64,000 nucleotides of DNA, taken from the IMG/VR virus record IMGVR_UViG_3300029705_000029. The stretch is one strand, 5' to 3'. Positions 27,797-36,871 of this stretch are shown here, piece after piece. Both the position numbers and the translations under genes were made by a program. Within the stretch, counting starts at the first letter, position 1, and each line of letters opens with the position of its first letter. This stretch comes from a virus. Its lineage: Duplodnaviria; Heunggongvirae; Uroviricota; Caudoviricetes. The notes under the pieces are model-generated. The model saw only the letters and a list, made by a program, of their open reading frames with translations. It was not told the DNA's origin and did not search any database.

Positions 27797-28213
27797 TTAC
27801 TCTAAAATGTTTTCATGGGAATAACCTTCATTTGTTGTATAATAAATGTCTCTGATTCCGAGTTCTGTAATCAGCTTCATGCAGCTTGGACAAGGACGCG
27901 CAAGTAGTGCATTTCCTTTTTGTCCAGTTCTATATACATATAGACTAACATGTTTAAAGTCAATATCTCCACGTCCAATTAGCGGCTTAAGACATGCTAG
28001 TTCTGCGTGTATGCAGTGCATACTATCCTCGGAGAATCTATAGACATTATATTTCTTTTGAATAGGTGCAGTCTTACGTGAGTTAAATCCGCTTGAAATA
28101 ATGCGATGTTTGTAAACAGCTACCGCACCAATTTTAATTCTAGGAAAATCAGCAAGCTGAGAGACGGCTTTCGCCGCCTCAAAATATGCCTTGTGAGTCT
28201 TACTCAGTCTCAT
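27797..28213 (-). CDS. dCMP/cytidine-family deaminase
   Basis: HAELACL (H-A-E) and PCPSC zinc-ligand motifs. I trimmed the start to the internal Met (MRLSK) at 28213, which follows a GAGGAG ribosome-binding site. Confidence 0.7.
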   Translation of the reverse strand: MRLSKTHKAYFEAAKAVSQLADFPRIKIGAVAVYKHRIISSGFNSRKTAPIQKKYNVYRFSEDSMHCIHAELACLKPLIGRGDIDFKHVSLYVYRTGQKGNALLARPCPSCMKLITELGIRDIYYTTNEGYSHENILE

Positions 28214-28397
28214 CCAACGACTCCTCGTCCACAATATCAGGTTCATAATCATAAAGGCGCTTATCTTTGCGATCCTTGCCCCTATCATATGCGTTAAACT
28301 TCTTAAATACTTTTGCTACATGGTTAATTGGCCAGCTGGCACGTTCTTCTGCAGTAGGTTCCTGTGGTACATTCTTCTTATCAGTCATCGTATTCAA
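28200..28397 (-). CDS. Hypothetical acidic protein
   Basis: ORF track; 14-nt overlap with the trimmed deaminase start. Confidence 0.35.
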   Translation of the reverse strand: MNTMTDKKNVPQEPTAEERASWPINHVAKVFKKFNAYDRGKDRKDKRLYDYEPDIVDEESLDETE

Positions 28398-28575
28398 CCC
28401 TTTCTAGTAGTTCCTGGATACAATCAATACATAATTCACTTGAACCAAAGTAGTAAAGTTCGTCTTGTTCTTGTTCGCATCTATCGCATATATATCTTAT
28501 TACTTTATAAAATCTACATGCTTCGTAAGTGCATGGTAAGCCACAATCGCAGCAATCTGTATCTATTACCCTCAT
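28381..28575 (-). CDS. Cys-rich small protein
   Basis: CCDCGLPCTYEACRF...CDRCEQE...CIDC. Confidence 0.4.
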   Translation of the reverse strand: MRVIDTDCCDCGLPCTYEACRFYKVIRYICDRCEQEQDELYYFGSSELCIDCIQELLERVEYDD

Positions 28576-28587
28576 AGAACCACCACC

Positions 28588-28606
28588 TATTAATTTTGTA
28601 TTGTTA
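28588..28606 (-). promoter_or_regulatory. Conserved motif copy
   Basis: Upstream of 28381..28575. Confidence 0.45.
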
Positions 28607-29617
28607 TTTTAGTTTAAATACACAATCCTTGTATAGCCTCTCCCAGACATCTTGTCTATCCATTGGACTTTCTTTTTCATCAAGCAGGTTGTCTTTGTCG
28701 ATTACTGCGTATACATTAATTCCATCTATAAACATGTTGGCAATATCTTGCAGTTCATCTTCTTCGACATCTTTGTCAAACGCGAGAATAGGTGCACACC
28801 CAGTGCGCGTGATAAGTTCAACTTGATATTTGCTAATTGTTTTGCCACCAGTTGAGACGGCATTTCTATAGCCATATTCCGCAAGTTTTAGTACACTCTT
28901 TTCGCTTTCAACTACGATAATACACTTATTGTTTTTGATAAACTCTCTATTTTGCCAATAGCCATACAACACTCTACTTTTGTTGCATTTTTCGAGATAC
29001 ATAAAACGAGGATGCTGTTCGTCTGAATCTCCAAAGTATCTGCCTTTTACACCAACAAGTGAACCAATTGAATCAAAGATTGGAATTGCTATATAATTTG
29101 TTTGTTCATCATATGCTATCCTAAATTCAGCTTGAGTTGCAAGACTTATGCCTTCATCTGTCCACATTTTATTGCCATATGGAAGGTAATACGAAAGCAC
29201 TTGTTCCGAAATCGGTTTTAAAGGTATGTCATCTTCGTTGTGACAATCTTTATTAAGTTCTATTAACATTTTTAGCACCTGTAATTCTTCTAGTACATTG
29301 GCGTTTTCTGAATAATAATCTAGCCCCAATATATTGTGTACATACCTAAGTGCTTCAGGGAATGAACAATCTTGATAGAAAGAAATTAGATCAAAGATAT
29401 CAGCGACACGTTTGTTCTTGGTAATATTGCGAGTGTAATTTACAGTAATAAGAGTTTCGTTGTTGTACACTGTGATTGCTGAACTGTTATCCCCATCAGG
29501 GTTAGATGCAGTAAAATAGCCGTCATGCTCTCGAATATTACCACAGCCCAAATCTTCTAGAATTGTCTCTATGTAATTATTGTCAACAATATACTCCTTA
29601 AGCTCGTCAACTCGCAT
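28604..29617 (-). CDS. DnaG-like DNA primase (TOPRIM domain)
   Basis: TOPRIM motifs IIVVESEKSVLKL (E) and PILAFDKDVEEDE (DxD). Confidence 0.55.
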   Translation of the reverse strand: MRVDELKEYIVDNNYIETILEDLGCGNIREHDGYFTASNPDGDNSSAITVYNNETLITVNYTRNITKNKRVADIFDLISFYQDCSFPEALRYVHNILGLDYYSENANVLEELQVLKMLIELNKDCHNEDDIPLKPISEQVLSYYLPYGNKMWTDEGISLATQAEFRIAYDEQTNYIAIPIFDSIGSLVGVKGRYFGDSDEQHPRFMYLEKCNKSRVLYGYWQNREFIKNNKCIIVVESEKSVLKLAEYGYRNAVSTGGKTISKYQVELITRTGCAPILAFDKDVEEDELQDIANMFIDGINVYAVIDKDNLLDEKESPMDRQDVWERLYKDCVFKLK

Positions 29618-29657
29618 TTTTGTCCACCTGCTATAGTTTTATATGAATATTGTACCA

Positions 29658-29678
29658 CATTAATTTTGTATTGTCAAG
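29658..29678 (-). promoter_or_regulatory. Conserved motif copy, class 1 (TTGACA-N17-TACAAT)
   Basis: Upstream of the primase gene. Confidence 0.55.
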
Positions 29679-30294
29679 AGTCTTTTTCAATTAATAGCCA
29701 AACGCCGCCAGATGTAACACCCATTGATAGCGCATCAGAATGAGTTTCAACTGCGATATCAATTTGCTTATTCTTCACTGCACCACCGCAGTCATCTGCT
29801 GTGCGCCATCCATAACCTTCGATATATACTTTACTTCCATATGGAATTACCGTTGGGTCCACCGCAATAGTGCGTCCAGCTGTTACTTGTGTGCCTGTTG
29901 CGGTAATACCATCACCTGTGCCGCAAATATGAGATCGTAGTTCGCAACAGTAGTGAGTCAGCTTAAACTCTCCAATATAAACTAATTCATATTCAATATA
30001 TTTTAGCGCTAAAATCGTCTCATTTGCTTCGCCTAAGGATTTGGTCGCGGAGTCCAATTCGGCGGCTAATTTCTCTGATTTTGTATACTCTAACTGTAAG
30101 TTTTCGGTAACAGAAGCGAGCTCTTCCTGTGTCGCTTGCAATAAAGTGCTCTGTTCGTTCAGCTTATTGGTCGTATCTGCCAGCTCACTTCTTGATGAAG
30201 CGCACCAAGCGAACACAGAAAGTACAGCTACAGCTGCAGTAACTCCAATTATACTAAATATTGTGTCTTTAACCATCATGTCTAATCCTTTCAA
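29674..30294 (-). CDS. 3D-domain (MltA/YocH-like) cell-wall-active protein with N-terminal TM and coiled coil
   Basis: THYCCELRSHICGTGDGITATGT...AGRTIAVDPTVIPYGSKVYIEGYG...ADDCGGAVK. Confidence 0.65.
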   Translation of the reverse strand: MKGLDMMVKDTIFSIIGVTAAVAVLSVFAWCASSRSELADTTNKLNEQSTLLQATQEELASVTENLQLEYTKSEKLAAELDSATKSLGEANETILALKYIEYELVYIGEFKLTHYCCELRSHICGTGDGITATGTQVTAGRTIAVDPTVIPYGSKVYIEGYGWRTADDCGGAVKNKQIDIAVETHSDALSMGVTSGGVWLLIEKDS

Positions 30295-31402
30295 CCAATT
30301 TTGTTATAATGTCTGCTGCGGTGTCAATTTCTTGCTCTGTGTTTTCGCGTCCAAGAGTAATACGAACGCTACTCAGTGCTTCTTTGTTTGACAAACCAAT
30401 TGCCTTGAGCACATGAGATGGCGTTGGCTCATACGATTGGCATGCGGATCCTTTGCCGATATATAAATCATATAGCCCACACAGCGTTACCAATCTTTCA
30501 GCGTCAACTCCATCAATAGTAAGATTAATGTTATTCGCAAGCCTGCTTGATCCAACTGAGACCCCATTTAAAGTTGTACCTGAAATTTGCAGTAGTTTGT
30601 TTAATAGTTTGTCACGCAAACTTGTAATGCGATCCTGTACGCCAAACATATTATGGTTGCGAGTAATACTTAGCGCCTCGCCCATTCCTGCAATAGCTGC
30701 TGTGTCATATGTTCCTCCGCGCAGTTCATTTTCCTGTGATCCATAAATAATTGGTGTCAGTTCAATTCCATTTTTAACGTATAAAAATCCTGCACCACGA
30801 GGTCCACAAAACTTTTGAGCAGATACGGATACCATGTCAACACCAAGTTCTTTTACGTCAATACGCTGCTCTGGGTACAACTGAGTTGCGTCTGTGTGTA
30901 AAATGCAATTACAATCATGCACAGTTTGCGCAATAGCTTTAAGATCTTGTATTGTGCCAATTTCTCCGTTTGCCGCACCGATAGATACTAGAGATTTATG
31001 AGCTGGAAACTTAGTGAGGCTGCGAGAGTATTTTAGAAATGTTGGTCGAAGTTTTACATAACCTTGCTCATCATTTTCTATAAACATTGCGCGTGGCATT
31101 TTATAAATAGATGCATGTTCCATACGCGTAGTCCACCAACGAGCACCATTATGTGCTTTGAGATAGCCCTGAATTGCCATACTATTGGATTCGCATGCGC
31201 CGCTTGTGAAGATAATTTCTGTTGGGTCTGCGTTAATATCTTCTGCAACTTGCACTCTCACACCTTCAATAATTTTCCTAGCGCTATCACCAATTGCATA
31301 TGGACTTGACGGGTTGCCCCAACATGTTTTCATAACATGAGCCATAGTAGCAATAACTGACTCATATGGTTTTGTAGTCGCTGCATTGTCAAGATAAATC
31401 AA
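30269..31402 (-). CDS. Cysteine desulfurase (NifS/IscS class V aminotransferase)
   Basis: YLDNAATT N-terminus, SVSAQKFCGPRGAGFLYV (PLP lysine region) and the active-site loop GKGSACQS. Confidence 0.75.
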   Translation of the reverse strand: MIYLDNAATTKPYESVIATMAHVMKTCWGNPSSPYAIGDSARKIIEGVRVQVAEDINADPTEIIFTSGACESNSMAIQGYLKAHNGARWWTTRMEHASIYKMPRAMFIENDEQGYVKLRPTFLKYSRSLTKFPAHKSLVSIGAANGEIGTIQDLKAIAQTVHDCNCILHTDATQLYPEQRIDVKELGVDMVSVSAQKFCGPRGAGFLYVKNGIELTPIIYGSQENELRGGTYDTAAIAGMGEALSITRNHNMFGVQDRITSLRDKLLNKLLQISGTTLNGVSVGSSRLANNINLTIDGVDAERLVTLCGLYDLYIGKGSACQSYEPTPSHVLKAIGLSNKEALSSVRITLGRENTEQEIDTAADIITKLVERIRHDG

Positions 31403-31428
31403 ACATATTTCCCCTTTCCATTAATTTT

Positions 31429-31446
31429 GTACTGTTATTATACCAT
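31429..31446 (-). promoter_or_regulatory. Conserved motif copy
   Basis: Upstream of the cysteine desulfurase gene. Confidence 0.45.
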
Positions 31447-31490
31447 ATATTTGCATTTTGTCAACATAAAAAAATAAAAGGGTGGGAGGA

Positions 31491-32483
31491 TTACTCCTCT
31501 CCACCCATTGGAATATCAATAATTGGAAGTGCGCCAGAACCCATCATATAAGTTGGAAGGTTGCCAGTCCAGTTCTGTGCGTACTCATAAGCAACAACTT
31601 CGTTTGTGATAGCTTCTGCAAGAGCCTTAGTAGCTTCCGCTTCCTTTTCGCCCTTGTAAGCAATTGCATCAGCCTCAAGCTGTGCTACTTCAAAGTCGGC
31701 CTGAGCCTTAATGCGAGCGGCTTCAGCTTCTGCGTTTGCGTTAATTTCACGAATTGCAGCATCATTTTCGGCCTGAATCTTAGTGCGCTCAGCAGACTGT
31801 CGAGTACGCTCTGTTTCCATCTGCTGCTGAGTCTTGTCACGAAGAGCTTCCTGCTCGGCCACCTGCTTTGCTTCGATTGCAGCAGTGTAAGCATCAGAGA
31901 AATCAAAGTCATCAATTACAACAGCGACTTCAATACCATACTTAGACGCGAAAGTAGAAACCGTGGCATCAATGTTACTCTGCAGCTGAGTGCGTAGTTC
32001 AGTCATGTTTTCTGCCTCAACAAGACCAAATTCTGCCTTGATTGCGTTGTTAACCTGCGGCTTAATTAGAATGTTGAAATAATCAATACCAACAGTCTTG
32101 TAGATATTAGGCGCGGAAGATGAAAGCAGATTGTACTTTACAGTGTAAGTGTAAACAACTTCCTGTAGGTCAGAAGAAAAGCACACGTTTCGTTCAGTAA
32201 AAATCTGTTCCTTGTTCGTCATAGTCGTGATATTCTGCCATGGCGCGTGAATGTTCATGCCTTCTGGTAGGTTTCTATCTTCTACGCGACCAAAGGTGGT
32301 AAGAATACCAGTATGACCAGTAGGCACCGTAGAGATACAAGAACTACCAATAATAACCACCGCAAGAATTACTGCGATTACGCTTGCAATACCACCGATG
32401 CGGCTACATTCGAGCTTGGATGCAACAATGGGGATTACAATTGCGGCGATTAGAAGTAGGATACCGATTACGACACTAAACAT
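31491..32483 (-). CDS. SPFH/band-7 (prohibitin/HflK-like) membrane protein
   Basis: N-terminal TM, TGHTGILTTFGRV SPFH core and an Ala/Glu-rich coiled-coil C-terminus. Confidence 0.7.
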   Translation of the reverse strand: MFSVVIGILLLIAAIVIPIVASKLECSRIGGIASVIAVILAVVIIGSSCISTVPTGHTGILTTFGRVEDRNLPEGMNIHAPWQNITTMTNKEQIFTERNVCFSSDLQEVVYTYTVKYNLLSSSAPNIYKTVGIDYFNILIKPQVNNAIKAEFGLVEAENMTELRTQLQSNIDATVSTFASKYGIEVAVVIDDFDFSDAYTAAIEAKQVAEQEALRDKTQQQMETERTRQSAERTKIQAENDAAIREINANAEAEAARIKAQADFEVAQLEADAIAYKGEKEAEATKALAEAITNEVVAYEYAQNWTGNLPTYMMGSGALPIIDIPMGGEE

Positions 32484-32639
32484 AAGGACACCCTTTCTTT
32501 TTGTGTTTTATTTTAAGGCTTGTGCAGTGGCGTCCCACCGTATTAACCTGGGTTGAAAAAACCAATACTCTAAATGTTTCCATCCGTTATTGGTGAAAGT
32601 TATACCCCTTTTTCACGCACAATTTAATAATACCTTACC

Positions 32640-32713
32640 TGGAGCATCGTACCAGATTCGGACTGGCACTCCAACCTTGGAAGGGTTGTGTGCTACCATT
32701 ACACCAACGATGC
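32640..32713 (-). tRNA. tRNA-Gly (anticodon TCC)
   Basis: Minus-strand GCATCGT...anticodon loop CTTCCAA...T-loop TCCGAAT...ACGATGC-T-CCA. Confidence 0.8.
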
Positions 32714-32774
32714 ATATTTGCATAAGCTCTAGTTTAAACACCTACACGACGTGAACATACTTATGCTGGTAGGC

Positions 32775-32910
32775 TTGTCCCTCTGGGACTCGAACCCAGA
32801 CTATGCCTTGCTAGGGCCTACGGCTTATTGGTGACAGATTGTAGATTTGCACTACAATATCCTAAATGAATCTGCCAAGGCCGTGGCTCTCACCATTGAG
32901 CTAAGGGACA
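32775..32910 (-). tRNA. Atypical ~136-nt tRNA-like gene with a ~50-nt insertion in the anticodon arm (type II-like long variable arm)
   Basis: Canonical 7-bp acceptor (TGTCCCT/AGGGACA), U8, A14, D-arm GCTC/GAGC and T-arm CTGGG-TTCGAGT-CCCAG. The anticodon-stem halves ACGGC and GCCGT are separated by about 55 nt that fold into an extended hairpin (ATTGTAG-TGCAAAT-CTACAAT). Confidence 0.5.
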
Positions 32911-33446
32911 TTATAAAGCGGTTTTTCTTTCGGACATCTCCTATTGAGGTATGGATTACCGAAAACCACTAAGGTAGGCACATGTGCGTCACTTTCCTCA
33001 ACAAGCTAAAACACTTTAAAAGCCTTGGTGGGCAAGGTTGGTGCCGCCCCAACTACTCCCGAAGGAAACGGGTTTACAGCCCGTCGCGTTTGCTGATTCG
33101 CTACTTGCCCAAGGTGTCACGCCATTTTGAGACTAACGTGCTGTCTTGGCTTTTTGTTGTCGTTGTTTCACAGGTGCCATAACCAACGCCTTTCTCATGT
33201 TGCCACATATTAAGCCTGTGTTATTGAGAAATAGTAAGAGTCAATACCAGCTTGGTGCACGTGGAGGGCCACGATCCCTCAATCCCTTACGGGCACTGGT
33301 TTTTGAGACCAGCTTGTATGCCAATTCCAACACACGTGCGCATGCCCAACACTTGTCCATGCACCCACGAAAATTCGCACGTCAGCTGTTGGCACTGAAC
33401 AGAAACCATTTGAGCTCAGAGGCCGTTTACTGTCATATTACCTCTC

Positions 33447-33583
33447 TGGTGCTGGATACCAGACTTGAACTGGTACGGTATATTTCAACCAGCGGATTTT
33501 TTGTGATAGGCATGAGTGATGACCTCACTACTGCTCTGGCAACCCACCAAGTCCGCTGTGTCTGCCGATTCCACCAATCCAGC
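33447..33583 (-). tRNA. Atypical ~137-nt tRNA-like gene with a ~55-nt insertion in the anticodon arm; CCA encoded
   Basis: Perfect 7-bp acceptor GCTGGAT/ATCCAGC followed by A-CCA; T-arm ACCAG-TTCAAGT-CTGGT; 3-bp D-stem; anticodon-stem halves GCGGA and TCCGC separated by about 55 nt. Confidence 0.5.
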
Positions 33584-34232
33584 ATATCGGGCAGTTTTAC
33601 ATCTTGCCCAGGATGCCGATTAAAACTTCGGACCATCCTCCAAGTTGGAATAAGCAAATACAATCATAAGCAATTTCCTCCTTTGGATTATTTACTGCTG
33701 CTAACTAGAACGTCGAAACATAACTCCAATTACGAATAAGGAGCGACCTTTGTCCAGCGGACGCTATGCCCGAAATCCTTACAACCTAACAGTGTGGGAG
33801 CGACCTCGGTTAAAACTTTTTATTATATTGAGCTTGCTACTTACCAGCCACGGAGACAACCTATGGGCCTTGACCACCAACCCAAACTCTTTATCGTGGA
33901 TTTGGTAAATCTTTTGTGGACTACGCATTCTTCTGCGATCTTAGCCCTCTTTACAACCTTAATAAACGACCTTTGATCAAATCAATCTTTGAAGTTTGAA
34001 CGTTAAATTTTGAACCTTGATCCTTAATCTTTACAGCAACACTTATAATATATATCATATATTTTAAATCTTTATCATGCCTAAAAGATTTACAGTATAA
34101 GATTCTTGCTTAACGGGCAAGTCTTCTATTAATTGAAGATACTTTCTTTAACTTATTAATATCACTCTAAGTATCAAAAAGAAGAGATAAGCAGTCGTTT
34201 AAGGTTTCCGATAAGTAGCAAGCAAGTTTGCC

Positions 34233-34979
34233 TTAGTACTCGAACTCGATAACAGTTACAGCGTTGGAAACACTGAGAGCTGCATCAACTTCAGTTTCAA
34301 ACTCATTAATCTCGTCCATGAGATTTTCCATAAGGTTAGTGACGCCAAGCGGGTCAATTAGGTCATAAGTATTGTTCGTAATGTAATCCTTGCGAAGAGC
34401 CTTCATTGCATCACTATCGATAGCCATCTTAGAATCCTTAGGCTGAGCCTGGATTACAGACAGCACATACTGTTCAGCTCGCTTTTCAATGGCTTCGCCA
34501 CTATTACGATCAAGCTCAACATATGCTGCGCGATAGTTGTCTACAATGCGCTGACGAAGAATCTTCTTGTATTCCATGCCGTGATTCTTCTCTTCGATAG
34601 CCTCAGCGACCGTCATTTCCTTTTCGCCAACTACAACCTTGGTGGTTGCATTGGAAATCACAACAGCTCGCTTCATTGCGTCACGACGCGCAATTAGAGA
34701 CTGAACCTTCTGGTAAGCACTCTTGATGTTTTCCTTGAACTCGGCCACGGTAACTCCGTTAACCTTTTCTGCTGAGTGCTTAACTGCCATCGCGTAAGGA
34801 TGTGCGTTAATTGCCTTTAGGATGCGATCATCCATAGTCTTGAGTTCTGCAAGTGCCTTGTGAACCGTCATCTTTTCCTGAGTCATTTTCTTGTACCCCC
34901 TAATAAGCTTTGAATCATTAATTTTGTACTGTTTCCCTTGAACTGGAATTAGTATATCACACATTCCATATTCTGTCAA
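34233..34979 (-). CDS. Hypothetical protein
   Basis: 248-aa ORF; sigma-70-like promoter TTGACA-N17-TATACT at 34950-34980 plus the conserved motif upstream. Confidence 0.5.
   Translation of the reverse strand: MTEYGMCDILIPVQGKQYKINDSKLIRGYKKMTQEKMTVHKALAELKTMDDRILKAINAHPYAMAVKHSAEKVNGVTVAEFKENIKSAYQKVQSLIARRDAMKRAVVISNATTKVVVGEKEMTVAEAIEEKNHGMEYKKILRQRIVDNYRAAYVELDRNSGEAIEKRAEQYVLSVIQAQPKDSKMAIDSDAMKALRKDYITNNTYDLIDPLGVTNLMENLMDEINEFETEVDAALSVSNAVTVIEFEY
34917..34937 (-). promoter_or_regulatory. Conserved motif copy (class 2)
   Basis: Upstream TTGACA-N17-TATACT at about 34950-34980. Confidence 0.5.
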
Positions 34980-35003
34980 TAGAGTTTTTAAATCTTAACA
35001 AAA

Positions 35004-35080
35004 TGGCGTCCCAGGAGAGATTCGAACTCCCGACACACGGCTTAGAAGGCCGTTGCTCTATCCTACTGAGCTACTGGGAC
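35004..35080 (-). tRNA. tRNA-Arg (anticodon TCT)
   Basis: GTCCCAG...CTTCTAA...TTCGAAT...CTGGGAC-G-CCA. Confidence 0.8.
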
Positions 35081-35329
35081 ATAATATGGTAGGGTATCTC
35101 CAACCTACCGCGAACTACTAACAACATCACTTGCGTTTATTCTTTAGCAAGCATCCAATCAAGGCTGTGATGAACCCTGCTTGCCGCCGAAGACTAACTT
35201 GAATTATAAAGCCTAATAGTTTGTGGACTTGAACCACACAGCGCTCTTCCACTGGCCATCCTGCAACGTACCATATAACTTTTCGAGCAGTTTCTTCTCA
35301 ACTGGTTTAACGTGCGAAGTCAGCACGGC

Positions 35330-35405
35330 TGGTGGAGATGATGGGACTCAAACCCACGACTTTTACCTTGCAAGGGTAACACTCTATCAACTGAGTTACA
35401 TCCCC
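35330..35405 (-). tRNA. tRNA-Ala (anticodon TGC)
   Basis: GGGGATG...CTTGCAA...TTTGAGT...CATCTCC-A-CCA. Confidence 0.8.
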
Positions 35406-35821
35406 ATAAAATGTGTATACCAGTTTTGATTGGGACGAAGACTGGAAACTTCTTTTCTCTCGACTCGCTCCGTAGAGTCGGCTTAACCGACGTACTATTC
35501 TGTCTCGCATACACTTTCTGAGACTTGTGAAGAGAGCATTCACAATAGCGACCTAAGCCTTTTTGCCGTTAGAAAGCATTATCTTGTCGCCTGGATAGGT
35601 GGACTTTTGGAACGTGCACCACCATACACTCCGTCCTATATCTAACTGGACATTTCGCTTTTCTTTCAGATAAAAATCTTAGCTGCTTTGTGGTTTTGCG
35701 ATAACCCATAGTGTTCTCCATCAAGTACCGCATGGCAGCACGGGATTGACTTCACAGAACGAGCCTAATCTCAAGTATTAGGCAAAACACGTGTATGATA
35801 TTCTAAGTGTCATACCCGCTG

Positions 35822-35912
35822 TGGCGGAGATGGTGAGCTTTGAACTCACGCGCCAATTTCTTGACCTAATCGGTTAGCAACCGATCCCCTTCAACCGCTT
35901 GGGTACATCTCC
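35822..35912 (-). tRNA. tRNA-Ser (anticodon GCT), type II
   Basis: GGAGATG...TTGCTAA, long variable arm, TTCAAAG T-loop, CATCTCC-G-CCA. Confidence 0.75.
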
Positions 35913-35915
35913 ATG

Positions 35916-36006
35916 TGGCGACTGGTTTCGGACTTGAACCGAAACACCCTTTCGGGTTACTGGCAGATTTCGAATCTGCTGCCTTACCAATTAGGCTTAA
36001 CCAGCC
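35916..36006 (-). tRNA. tRNA-Ser (anticodon CGA), type II
   Basis: GGCTGGT...TTCGAAA, long variable arm (CAGTAACCCGAAAGGGTGT), TTCAAGT, ACCAGTC-G-CCA. Confidence 0.7.
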
Positions 36007-36016
36007 GCATGATTGA

Positions 36017-36139
36017 TTACTTCTGCTCCAGCTGTCTAATCTGACGCTTTAGCTTATTAATGATGTTTGCGTTGCCAACAGGATCTCTCTGCTGTAGAAG
36101 GTTAATACGTGCCTGAAGTCGTTCAACAGTCTTAGTCAT
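36017..36139 (-). CDS. Small basic coiled-coil protein (40 aa, hand-called) embedded in the tRNA array
   Basis: ATG at 36139 after GGAGGTATAAAATC; product MTKTVERLQARINLLQQRDPVGNANIINKLKRQIRQLEQK. Confidence 0.35.
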   Translation of the reverse strand: MTKTVERLQARINLLQQRDPVGNANIINKLKRQIRQLEQK

Positions 36140-36214
36140 GATTTTATACCTCCATTATTAATTAAATATGGTAGCAGTGTTTTTAGTCCATATTAAACTA
36201 GGCACCCACCTCTG

Positions 36215-36248
36215 TGGATCCCGCCAGGATTGAACTGACATCTCTGCT
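36215..36248 (-). other. Orphan tRNA 3'-half-like fragment (T-arm plus acceptor 3' strand) abutting tRNA-Thr
   Basis: Minus-strand GTCAG-TTCAATC-CTGGC followed by GGGATCC-A, with no matching 5' half nearby. Confidence 0.3.
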
Positions 36249-36324
36249 TGGAGCCGAGTATCGGACTTGAACCGATAGCCTGCTGATTACAAATCAGCTG
36301 CTCTGCCAATTGAGCTAACTCGGC
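36249..36324 (-). tRNA. tRNA-Thr (anticodon TGT)
   Basis: GCCGAGT...TTTGTAA...TTCAAGT...ACTCGGC-T-CCA. Confidence 0.8.
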
Positions 36325-36432
36325 ATAAAATAGTCTAAGACTCTTCCGTCCTGTCAAGGATAGGTCATCGCTTGTTTCTAGCCAAACCAAGAATCAATTA
36401 ACTCGAAAACGCTTTTACATTCTTAGACTATA

Positions 36433-36507
36433 TGGCTGGGAACCAGGGTAACGCTCCCCGTCTTCATGGGTCAAAGCCATGCGTACCAACTTTTATACGA
36501 GTTCCCA
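36433..36507 (-). tRNA. tRNA-Gln-like (anticodon TTG) with a non-canonical T-loop
   Basis: TGGGAAC acceptor pairing with GTTCCCA-G-CCA; D-arm GTAT/GTAC; anticodon arm CATGG-CTTTGAC-CCATG; T-arm CGGGG-AGCGTTA-CCCTG lacks the TTC. Confidence 0.45.
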
Positions 36508-36625
36508 TCATTGACCCAACTTTCTGCTCCTTGTATGCTTGCATCAGAGGCCAGGACGCTCTCTCCGTATTGGGTCGGAGTACGTATATTTCACTACTCA
36601 CGTGTCTGTTCGCGAAACAGCATGT

Positions 36626-36700
36626 TGGCGGTCACGGTGTGACTCGAACACACAACCTAGCGGTTAACAGCCGCTTGCTCCACCATTGAGCTACGTGACC
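36626..36700 (-). tRNA. tRNA-Asn (anticodon GTT)
   Basis: GGTCACG...CTGTTAA...TTCGAGT...CGTGACC-G-CCA. Confidence 0.8.
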
Positions 36701-36871
36701 ATATGGTGTCTCTACAGGCGGGGCCAGTGCAGCGACCCTATATGAGGGCTTTCCACGAACTACTTTTGCAACATTTTGTATGTCTGTTAATCTTACTGCC
36801 GTCAGCTAATTGGCAGTCGTTGCTATCCTTGTTCCGTACTAACACCTATACATTGCACTACCTGTAGAGAG

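Noticed and set aside
32911-33446. RNase P RNA in the GC-rich spacer
   Set aside because: A fragment AGGAAAGTGACG loosely resembles the P4 AGGAAAGTCCGGGC. The other universally conserved RNase P blocks (GGTAAGGGTGAAA, ACAGAANCCGGCTTA) are absent.
32775-33583. tmRNA or group I intron-containing tRNA as the explanation for the long tRNA-like genes
   Set aside because: The insertions are only about 50-55 nt. There is no tag reading frame or resume codon, and they are far too short for a group I ribozyme core.
33146-33739. 197-aa plus-strand ORF in the ORF track
   Set aside because: It runs straight across the minus-strand tRNA-like gene at 33447-33583 and the GC-rich spacer. It has no ribosome-binding site and a low-complexity, Arg/Leu/Ser-rich composition typical of translated structured RNA. 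Every other gene is on the minus strand.
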